Positions 57,133-64,000 of a stretch of DNA of 64,000 bases are shown in pieces. Position 1 is the stretch's first letter, and each line of letters starts with the position of its first letter. Source of the stretch: an uncultured beta proteobacterium. GTDB lineage: Bacteria > Pseudomonadota > Gammaproteobacteria > Burkholderiales > SG8-41. Below the pieces are notes generated by a model, which saw only the letters and a list, made by a program, of their open reading frames with translations, made no database searches and was not told the origin of the DNA. Made by a program: the position numbers and the translations under genes. The DNA lies in NCBI GenBank assembly GCA_903889565.1, contig CAISYC010000045.1:67192-131191 (forward strand), in the 5' to 3' direction.

Positions 57133-57318
57133 TCAGACTGCCATCATGAGGCGTTCGAGCAACATGAAGGCAAGCACGATACATGCCATTACCAGCCCGT
57201 ATTTGAGAACCTGCCAGGCGAAGGTAAGGTAGCGACGATTGCGCGTGAGGAGGTAGGTCACCAGGGAACCGCCGATGGTGATCAAGAGCAGGAAACCTAC
57301 AATGCGCATTACCAGCAT
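57133..57318 (-). CDS. hypothetical small membrane protein (61 aa, two predicted TM helices)
   Basis: ORF immediately downstream of lpxC on the same strand with two hydrophobic helices. No recognisable motif. Confidence 0.35.
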   Translation of the reverse strand: MLVMRIVGFLLLITIGGSLVTYLLTRNRRYLTFAWQVLKYGLVMACIVLAFMLLERLMMAV

Positions 57319-57366
57319 GGCATCCCCGTATTCAATGCCCCCGGCGCCGGCGGTGGCGCCGCGTCA

Positions 57367-58281
57367 TCAGGCCAGCGCGGGTTGAATTGTGGCGACGCAG
57401 GCCGGCGCGTCTTCGGCGCGGTCGAAGGTGACAAACTCCCATGCGCCTTCCGTCTCAAGCAGCCGGCGCAGCAGCGCGTTGTTGAGCGCGTGGCCGGACT
57501 TGTGCGCGACAAATGTGCCGACCACCGGATGCCCCAGCAGATAAAGGTCGCCGATGGCGTCGAGCACCTTATGCTTGACGAACTCGTCGTCGTAGCGCAA
57601 CCCGTCGCTGTTGAGCACGCGATATTCATCCAGCACGATCGCATTGTCGAGCGAGCCGCCGAGCGCCAGGCCACGACCGCGCATCCACTCGACTTCGTGC
57701 ATGAAGCCGAAGGTGCGGGCGCGGCTGACTTCCTTGATATAGGAGGTGGTCGCAAAATCGACTGCCACGGTGTTGGCGGAACTCTCGAACACGGGGTGAT
57801 TGAAATCGATGCTGAATTCGACGCGAAAGCCGTTGTGCGGCACGAAACGCGCCGACTTGTCACCGTCGCTGACCTCGACTTTTTTCAGGATGCGGATGAA
57901 TTTCTTCGCCACCGGCTGGTCTTCGACGCCGGCCGACTGCAGCAAAAACACAAATGGTCCCGCGCTGCCGTCCATGATCGGCACCTCAGGCGCCGACACA
58001 TCGACATAGAGATTGTCGATGCCGAGTCCCGCCAGCGCCGACATCAGGTGCTCGACGGTTGATACCCGCGCGCCGTTCTGCTCAAGACAGGTCGACAGCC
58101 GGGTGTCGCCGACATGATAGGCATCGGCTTTGATCTCGACCGGTTGCGGCAGATCCACGCGCGTGAACACAATACCGGTGTTCGGCGCAGCCGGACGCAG
58201 GGTCAAATAGACCTTTTCGCCGGTGTGCAGACCAACGCCGGTCGCGCGGATCACATTTTTCAGGGTGCGCTGATGAATCAC
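57367..58281 (-). CDS. lpxC: UDP-3-O-acyl-N-acetylglucosamine deacetylase
   Basis: [15 protein letters not shown]...TVEHLMSAL...HKxLD motifs. GTG start. Confidence 0.97.
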   Translation of the reverse strand: MIHQRTLKNVIRATGVGLHTGEKVYLTLRPAAPNTGIVFTRVDLPQPVEIKADAYHVGDTRLSTCLEQNGARVSTVEHLMSALAGLGIDNLYVDVSAPEVPIMDGSAGPFVFLLQSAGVEDQPVAKKFIRILKKVEVSDGDKSARFVPHNGFRVEFSIDFNHPVFESSANTVAVDFATTSYIKEVSRARTFGFMHEVEWMRGRGLALGGSLDNAIVLDEYRVLNSDGLRYDDEFVKHKVLDAIGDLYLLGHPVVGTFVAHKSGHALNNALLRRLLETEGAWEFVTFDRAEDAPACVATIQPALA

Positions 58282-58416
58282 TTGATTTGTCTTCGTTTTT
58301 ACCGCGGGTTTGGCGCGATTTTAGCATGGCGTCGGTCGTGCGCACGGTGACCGGCGCCCTCACCGCCGGTCTGCCCACGCCACCCTGACCATTGCCCGCC
58401 CGTTTTGTCGGTCGCT

Positions 58417-59577
58417 CTAATCGGCCTGTTTGCGCAAAAAAGCCGGAATATCGAGCGTTTCGACGCCGGATTTTTGCATCGCTTCCACCGTCTGACTGCG
58501 ATTGCGACGCATCACAGCCGGCGAATCGAGTTCCTCGTAATTGACATTGCCCGGCGCCATCGGACCGTCGGTGCCGGTCGCCTGCACCACTTGCAGCGGT
58601 TTCGGTTGCACGCGGCCAGTGGTCTTGCCGAGTCCCGTGGCGACGATGGTTACGCGCAACTCGTCTTCCAGCGCATCGTCGTAAACAGTGCCAATAATAT
58701 TGGTCGCCGTGTCGGACGCGAACGCCTTGATGACATCCATGACATCGTACATTTCCTGCAACTGGAACAACGATTTGCTGGCCGAAATATTTACCAGCAC
58801 GCCGCGCGCGTCGGCAATATCGATGTCTTCGAGCAGCGGACAGGCCACCGCCTGTTCGGCCGCCATCCGCGCGCGGTCGGTGCCGGCAGCCTTGGCCGAG
58901 CCCATCATTGCCATGCCGGACTCCGACATCACGGTTTTGACGTCGGCAAAGTCAACATTGATCATGCCCGGGCTGGAGATGATTTCAGCGATCCCCGCGA
59001 CTGCGCCGTGCAACACGTCATTGGCGGCACGGAAGGCTTCATCCAGCGTGACCTGGTTGCCGAGCACCTGCATCAGTTTGTCGTTCGGAATGATGATCAG
59101 CGAATTGACGTGCTGGGCGAGCGCATCGAGCCCCTCCTGCGCGGTGCGCTGGCGCTTGCCTTCGAACGCGAACGGTTTGGTCACCACCGCGACGGTGAGG
59201 ATACCGAGTTCACGCGCGATCTCCGCCACCACCGGCGCCGCGCCGGTGCCGGTGCCGCCGCCCATGCCGGCGGTGATGAACAGCATGTCGGTGCCGCGGA
59301 TCAGATCGATGATGCGATCGCGATCTTCGAGCGCGGCCTGCCGGCCCATCTCCGGATTCGCGCCCGCGCCCAGACCCTTGGTAATGTTGGTGCCGAGTTG
59401 CAGCTGCGTGCGCGCCTGGGTGCGACGCAAAGCCTGCACGTCGGTGTTTGCGCACACAAACTCGACGCCCTTCACCCCGTTGGCGATCATGTGGTCGACT
59501 GCGTTGCCGCCGCAGCCGCCGACGCCGATGACCTTGATGACCGCTTCCTGCGACGGAACTTCCATGATTTCAAACAT
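58417..59577 (-). CDS. ftsZ: cell division GTPase FtsZ
   Basis: Contains the GGGTGTGAAP tubulin signature and NTDVQAL. C-terminal DIPAFLRKQAD peptide. Confidence 0.98.
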   Translation of the reverse strand: MFEIMEVPSQEAVIKVIGVGGCGGNAVDHMIANGVKGVEFVCANTDVQALRRTQARTQLQLGTNITKGLGAGANPEMGRQAALEDRDRIIDLIRGTDMLFITAGMGGGTGTGAAPVVAEIARELGILTVAVVTKPFAFEGKRQRTAQEGLDALAQHVNSLIIIPNDKLMQVLGNQVTLDEAFRAANDVLHGAVAGIAEIISSPGMINVDFADVKTVMSESGMAMMGSAKAAGTDRARMAAEQAVACPLLEDIDIADARGVLVNISASKSLFQLQEMYDVMDVIKAFASDTATNIIGTVYDDALEDELRVTIVATGLGKTTGRVQPKPLQVVQATGTDGPMAPGNVNYEELDSPAVMRRNRSQTVEAMQKSGVETLDIPAFLRKQAD

Positions 59578-59670
59578 AGTTGCCTCCTGTGACTAAAGTT
59601 AAAACCAAAACCCGCAAATTGACCGATAGACCGATGACGCCGCGCCCTGCTGCCGGCGCCCTGCCGACTC

Positions 59671-60906
59671 CTAAAAATTTCCCTTGAACCAGTTCTTCAT
59701 GCGTTCGAGCAGACCGCCGAATGAGGTGATCTGCGCCTGCGTAATATCGTGCTGACGGCGCTCCTGCAGACCCAGCAGGAGCAGACCGACCGCGGTGGCG
59801 TGGCGCGGGTTGCGCACTACTTCGGACAAGCCGCCGTGGTACTGCGGCTGGCCGATGCGCACCGGCATATGAAAAATTTCTTCGCCGAGTTCGACCATGC
59901 CTTCCATCGAGCTCGAGCCGCCGGTAATGACGATGCCGGACGACAGCAGGTCCTCGTAACCGGAGCGGCGCAGTTCCGACTGCACCAGCGAATACAGCTC
60001 TTCGATGCGCGGTTCGATCACCTCGGCCAGCGTCTGCCGCGACAGCTGGCGCGCGCCGCGCTCGCCGATGCCCGGAACCTCAACCATCTGCTGCGGATCG
60101 GCGAGCTGCCTTAACGCGCAGCCGTAGCGCTGCTTGATATCCTCGGCATCCTTGGTCGGCGTGCGCAGCGCCATCGCGATGTCGTTGGTGATCTGGTCGC
60201 CGGCGATCGGGATCACGCCGGTGTGCCGGATTGCGCCTTGGGTAAAGATCGCAATGTCGGTGGTGCCGCCGCCGATATCGACCAGACAAACGCCGAGTTC
60301 CTTTTCGTCCTCCGACAGCACCGCGGTGGCCGACGCCAGCGGCTGCAGAATCAGGTCGCGCACCTCGAGTCCGCAGCGCCGCACGCACTTGATGATGTTC
60401 TGCGCCGCCGACACCGCGCCGGTGACGATATGCACATTGACCTCAAGCCGTACCCCGCTCATGCCGAGCGGCTCGCGCACATCGCCCTGGCCGTCGACGA
60501 TAAATTCCTGATTCAGGATGTGCAGCACCTGCTGGTCGGTCGGAATCGGAATCGCCTTCGCCGTTTCGATCACGCGCTCGACATCCTGCTGCGTGACTTC
60601 GCGGTCCTTGATCGGCACCATGCCGCGCGAGTTGAGGCTCTTGATATGGCTGCCGGCGATCCCCGTGTAAACCTCGGTGATCTTGCAGTCCGCCATCAAT
60701 TCGGCCTCTTCGAGCGCGCGCTGAATCGCGCTGACGGTCGCCTCGATGTTGACCACCACTCCCTTTTTGAGACCCTTCGAGGGATGGGTGCCCATGCCGA
60801 TCACCTCATAACCGCCGGGTCTCGCCTCGGCGACAATGGCGACGATCTTCGACGTGCCGATGTCGAGCCCGATGATCAGATTGCGTTCTTCCTTGGCCTT
60901 GCTCAT
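59671..60906 (-). CDS. ftsA: cell division protein FtsA
   Basis: Actin-fold motifs GLDIGTSKI and VDIGGGTTD. C-terminal amphipathic helix. Confidence 0.97.
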   Translation of the reverse strand: MSKAKEERNLIIGLDIGTSKIVAIVAEARPGGYEVIGMGTHPSKGLKKGVVVNIEATVSAIQRALEEAELMADCKITEVYTGIAGSHIKSLNSRGMVPIKDREVTQQDVERVIETAKAIPIPTDQQVLHILNQEFIVDGQGDVREPLGMSGVRLEVNVHIVTGAVSAAQNIIKCVRRCGLEVRDLILQPLASATAVLSEDEKELGVCLVDIGGGTTDIAIFTQGAIRHTGVIPIAGDQITNDIAMALRTPTKDAEDIKQRYGCALRQLADPQQMVEVPGIGERGARQLSRQTLAEVIEPRIEELYSLVQSELRRSGYEDLLSSGIVITGGSSSMEGMVELGEEIFHMPVRIGQPQYHGGLSEVVRNPRHATAVGLLLLGLQERRQHDITQAQITSFGGLLERMKNWFKGNF

Positions 60907-61667
60907 CCTTTTTTCTCCAGCTTCGCCGCACCACGCGGCGCACGGCCGCCCGTATCGCGCGTCTCGGCGTGTAATTCCGCAATACGCACCGCAAATCCGT
61001 TCGGATAGCGCAGGTCCGCGCGCTCGATGCGGCGCTGCAGCTTGCCGATCGTGCGCGGATAGGCGCCGATAAACCGTTCCAGGCGCGGCTCGATGTCCTC
61101 GCGCCCGAGGTCGATGGTCAGCCCGCTGTCCGCACGCACCTGCCAGGCGCGGCGCGGCGACAACTGAATCTGTACCGGCACGAGCCCCACCTGCGCCAGA
61201 TTGCGGCGAAAGAACTCGTACTGGATGGTGATTTCCTTGACGCTCTCGCGCGCGCCGACAAAGGTCATCAGCTTGCCGTCATAGGCCGCGGTGAACACTT
61301 CGCCATGCGTATTGACGAGAGCATCGGAGCCCCAGCGCGCCAGCGGCAGGTGTTCCTCAAGCACGATTTCAAGCCGGTCCGGCCACTGCCGGCGCACCTC
61401 GACCTTGCGCACCCACGGCAGGCGCTCGAACGCCGAACGCACGCGCGGCAGATTGACGGTGAAAAAATTGCCGTCGATTTCGCCGCGCACAATCGCTTCG
61501 ATCTGCTCGGGCGTCACGTGTTGCAGCGATTCGCTGACCCGCACTTCGCGCAAAGGAAACACCGGCAGGCGGACTGCAAAATGAATCGTCATATAAACGG
61601 CCATCATCAGCGCAGCGGCAAACAACGCATTGGCGACGCCGTTAAGCATGTCCGGTCTATCCCACAT
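60903..61667 (-). CDS. ftsQ: cell division protein FtsQ
   Basis: TM helix followed by POTRA (FPLREVRV...). ATG at 61667 (MWDRPDML) overlaps the ddl stop region. Confidence 0.85.
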   Translation of the reverse strand: MWDRPDMLNGVANALFAAALMMAVYMTIHFAVRLPVFPLREVRVSESLQHVTPEQIEAIVRGEIDGNFFTVNLPRVRSAFERLPWVRKVEVRRQWPDRLEIVLEEHLPLARWGSDALVNTHGEVFTAAYDGKLMTFVGARESVKEITIQYEFFRRNLAQVGLVPVQIQLSPRRAWQVRADSGLTIDLGREDIEPRLERFIGAYPRTIGKLQRRIERADLRYPNGFAVRIAELHAETRDTGGRAPRGAAKLEKKG

Positions 61668-62568
61668 GGGCGAGCTCCAGAATGCGCAGCGCCAGGTCGT
61701 CGAACGCAATGCCGGCGGCACGCGCGGCCATCGGCACCAGCGAATGCCCGGTCATGCCGGGAATTGTGTTCATCTCGAGCAGAAAGGGACTGCCGTCATC
61801 GCGCAAAATCAGATCGGCACGCCCCCATCCGCTGCAACCAAGCGCAGCGACGGCGCGCATCACCAGCGCCTGTATTGCGGCTTCCTGCGCAGCCGGCAAT
61901 CCGCTCGGGCAGTGATATTTGGTGTCATCGTTGAAATACTTGTTCTGGTAATCGTAGTTGCCCGCCGGCGCCTCGATGCGCACCAGCGGCAGCGCGCGAT
62001 CGCCCAGAAACGCCGCCGTCAATTCGCGGCCGGCGATGAACTCTTCGGCGATCACCAGGCTGTCGTGTTCGGCCGCGAGCGCATAGGCCGGCGCGATCTT
62101 TTCAACCGAGGTCACCTTGGTAATACCAATGCTGGACCCCTCGCGCGCGGGTTTGACGACCAGCGGCAGTCCGAGCCGCTGCGCCAGGGCCGTCCAGTCC
62201 GTCGCCGCCGTAATCGTTTCGCCGCGCGGCGTCGGTATTCCGCTCGCCTGCCAGACGAGTTTGGTGCGCAGCTTGTCGAGACAGAGGGCCGAGGCCATCA
62301 CACCGCTGCCGGTATACGGAATCTCCATCAACTCGAGTGCGCCCTGCACCGTGCCGTCCTCGCCGTAACGACCATGCAAGGCGATAAAGGCGCGACCGAC
62401 GCCGTCGCGCACGAGTTCGAATATTGAGCGCTCGGCGGGGTCGAAGCGCTGCGCGTCGATGCCTTTGCGGTGCAATGCCTCAAGTACGTTGCTGCCAGTC
62501 ATCAGCGAAATTTCGCGCTCGCCACTGCGGCCGCCCATGAGCACAGCGACTTTGCCGAAGTCAGCCAT
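61657..62568 (-). CDS. ddl: D-alanine--D-alanine ligase
   Basis: [17 protein letters not shown], the HGRYGEDGTVQG motif and EMNTIPGMT. ATG 62568 has a GGAGGG RBS. Confidence 0.95.
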   Translation of the reverse strand: MADFGKVAVLMGGRSGEREISLMTGSNVLEALHRKGIDAQRFDPAERSIFELVRDGVGRAFIALHGRYGEDGTVQGALELMEIPYTGSGVMASALCLDKLRTKLVWQASGIPTPRGETITAATDWTALAQRLGLPLVVKPAREGSSIGITKVTSVEKIAPAYALAAEHDSLVIAEEFIAGRELTAAFLGDRALPLVRIEAPAGNYDYQNKYFNDDTKYHCPSGLPAAQEAAIQALVMRAVAALGCSGWGRADLILRDDGSPFLLEMNTIPGMTGHSLVPMAARAAGIAFDDLALRILELAHVG

Positions 62569-62722
62569 GTGCAGCCCTCCTGCACGCACCGGTTAGGCGG
62601 CCCTGAACGCCTTCGCGGTCGCATCCCCGCACGGCGCGGCCCCTGCTCAACGCTACGGCGCACCCGCCCATTAGTACGGCCACTTTGCCGAAGTCAGCCA
62701 TGCGCGGCCTCCTTCGCGACCG
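62531..62722. repeat. diverged tandem duplication (period 133 nt) of the murB 3' end / ddl 5' end junction
   Basis: 62531-62569 matches 62664-62702 at 35/39. The flanking 20 nt (62570-62590 vs 62703-62722) are also similar, with one indel. Confidence 0.85.
62561..62701 (-). CDS. 46-codon relay ORF formed by the duplicated murB-ddl junction (translation not established)
   Basis: It starts at the ATG inside ATGGCTGA, where murB stops, and encodes [13 protein letters not shown], the same first 13 residues as Ddl. It ends in a second ATGGCTGA that contains the real ddl ATG. Confidence 0.3.
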   Translation of the reverse strand: MADFGKVAVLMGGCAVALSRGRAVRGCDREGVQGRLTGACRRAAHG

Positions 62723-63647
62723 GCGCGTCGCCGATAATGCGCACTTCGCGCTCGAGTTCGATGCCGTATTTTTCGCGCACGCGCAGCGCCGCAAGATCGA
62801 TCAGCGCCTCGATATCGGCCGCGCTGGCGTTGCGCCGGTTAACGATGAAATTGGCGTGCTTGTCGGAAATCATCGCGCCGCCGATCGCATGGCCCTTGAG
62901 GCCGCAGGCCTCGATCAGGCGCGCCGCGTGATCGCCGGGCGGATTGCGGAACACCGATCCGGCGTTGGGTTGGCCAAGAGGTTGCGCGGCGATGCGCTGC
63001 TCGAGCAGCTGGCGGATAATCGAACGCGATTTGCCGCCGTCGGCCTTCGCCAGCTTGAAGCGCGCCGCGAGAAACCATTCTTCGCCGTCATCCTGCAATA
63101 CGACATGACGGTAGCCGATCTCGTAATTCGCGCGCGTGCGCTGGCGCAGTTGCCCCTTGCGATCGACCGTGGTCACGCTCTCGACGATGTTCCACGTTTC
63201 GCCGCCGTAGCAGCCGGCGTTCATCGCCAATGCGCCGCCGATGGTGCCGGGAATGCCGGCCATGAATTCGGCACCGGCGCGCGCTTGATTGGCGGCAAAG
63301 CGCGCGAGCTTGGGGCTCGGCACGCCGGCCTCGGCATAGATCGCGCGCCCCTCGAGCCGGATCTGTTTGAGCGCGCCGTGCGTGAATATCACGGTGCCGC
63401 GCAATCCGCCGTCGCGCACCAGCAAATTGCTGCCGAGACCGACCAATATCAGCGGCTCGCTCGCCGGCCCCGCCGCGATGAAGGCGCACAAATCGTCAAA
63501 ATCCACGGGGAAATAAGCACGCGCGACGCTGCCGCCGGCACGCCAGCTGACGTGGCGCGCCATCGGCTCGTCGCAGCGCAATTCGCCGCGCCAGGCACCG
63601 GCGGCGGGATTGCGGGCGCCGGCTTTGGTCGGTTCGCTCATGTCCAT
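62694..63647 (-). CDS. murB: UDP-N-acetylenolpyruvoylglucosamine reductase
   Basis: [24 protein letters not shown] and AGSVFRNP motifs. Confidence 0.95.
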   Translation of the reverse strand: MDMSEPTKAGARNPAAGAWRGELRCDEPMARHVSWRAGGSVARAYFPVDFDDLCAFIAAGPASEPLILVGLGSNLLVRDGGLRGTVIFTHGALKQIRLEGRAIYAEAGVPSPKLARFAANQARAGAEFMAGIPGTIGGALAMNAGCYGGETWNIVESVTTVDRKGQLRQRTRANYEIGYRHVVLQDDGEEWFLAARFKLAKADGGKSRSIIRQLLEQRIAAQPLGQPNAGSVFRNPPGDHAARLIEACGLKGHAIGGAMISDKHANFIVNRRNASAADIEALIDLAALRVREKYGIELEREVRIIGDAPVAKEAAHG

Positions 63648-63678
63648 GACGATTCCGTAAACCGTTGCATCAAGCTGC

Positions 63679-64000
63679 TCATGCCGCCCCCCTGGCGAGC
63701 GCTGCCGCCAGCGTCCCGATCGAACCGGCGCCCATGGTCAGCACGACGTCGCCGTCTTTGACTACAGCCTGCAGCGCCGCCGGAAAATCCGTCGTCTGCT
63801 CGACGAAGATTGGTTCCACCCTGCCGCTCACGCGCACTGCGCGGACCAGTGCACGACCGTCGGCGGCAACGATCGGCGCCTCGCCCGCCGCATAGACTTC
63901 CGTCAACAGCAATGCATCGACGGTCGACAACACTTTGACGAAGTCCTCGAAACAGTCGCGCGTGCGCGTGTAACGGTGCGGCTGAAACGCCAGCACCACG
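63679..64000 (-). CDS. murC: UDP-N-acetylmuramate--L-alanine ligase, C-terminal part (5' end outside the window)
   Basis: FQPHRYTRT...[11 protein letters not shown]... is the MurC C-terminal domain. The ORF is open to the window edge. Confidence 0.9.
   Translation of the reverse strand, partial: VVLAFQPHRYTRTRDCFEDFVKVLSTVDALLLTEVYAAGEAPIVAADGRALVRAVRVSGRVEPIFVEQTTDFPAALQAVVKDGDVVLTMGAGSIGTLAAALARGAA

Overview
This is a high-GC, almost fully coding chromosomal segment with betaproteobacterium-like gene order. No rRNA, CRISPR array, transposase, phage gene or transcription-factor gene (other than rpoD) was recognised.

Core blocks:
- rpsU-yqeY-dnaG-rpoD macromolecular-synthesis operon, followed by a tRNA(CAU)
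- tsaD, dadA, plsY, folB, and an ogt-xerD pair
- rpsP-rimM-trmD-rplS
- ffh / ypjD-like / corC-like
- pilC-pilD-coaE-zapD-yacG
- Nudix-ThiE-like, DUF815 ATPase, argJ, secA, M23 peptidase, dciA-like
- the distal dcw cluster: lpxC-ftsZ-ftsA-ftsQ-ddl-murB-murC (murC partial)

Accessory/metabolic blocks:
- 0.7-8.0 kb: a small catabolic cluster with two SDRs, a bicupin, a secreted retropepsin-like protease, two tandem DapA-like genes, an ornithine-cyclodeaminase-family gene and a Bug/TctC binding protein.
- 19.8-23.5 kb: a TAXI-type TRAP transporter plus a VOC protein.
- 23.6-38.1 kb: a large organic-acid island. It holds an IDH/IPMDH-family dehydrogenase, an enolase-superfamily enzyme, an Ldh2-family oxidoreductase, two Bug proteins, a four-gene succinate-dehydrogenase-like complex with its genes split apart, a two-subunit class-I Fe-S hydro-lyase, and a two-subunit UxaA-family dehydratase.

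Observations most worth a second look:
1. A translationally coupled SAM-methyltransferase + TPR/GT41 glycosyltransferase pair sits between the alpha and beta genes of the hydro-lyase.
2. A paralogous TPR/GT41 gene lies 25 nt behind rpoD, between rpoD and the ileX-like tRNA.
3. The Sdh-like flavoprotein has Cys where the FAD-linking His is expected.
4. The murB-ddl junction is duplicated with divergence, creating a 46-codon relay ORF whose ddl-derived part differs from ddl only at four consecutive wobble positions.
5. One of the tandem DapA-like paralogs lacks the Schiff-base lysine.
6. A 28-nt palindromic repeat family sits at two module boundaries of the island.
7. RpoD has a 125-residue Lys/Ala/Pro-rich N-terminal extension.

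All functional calls come from reading the supplied translations for motifs; no database search was run.
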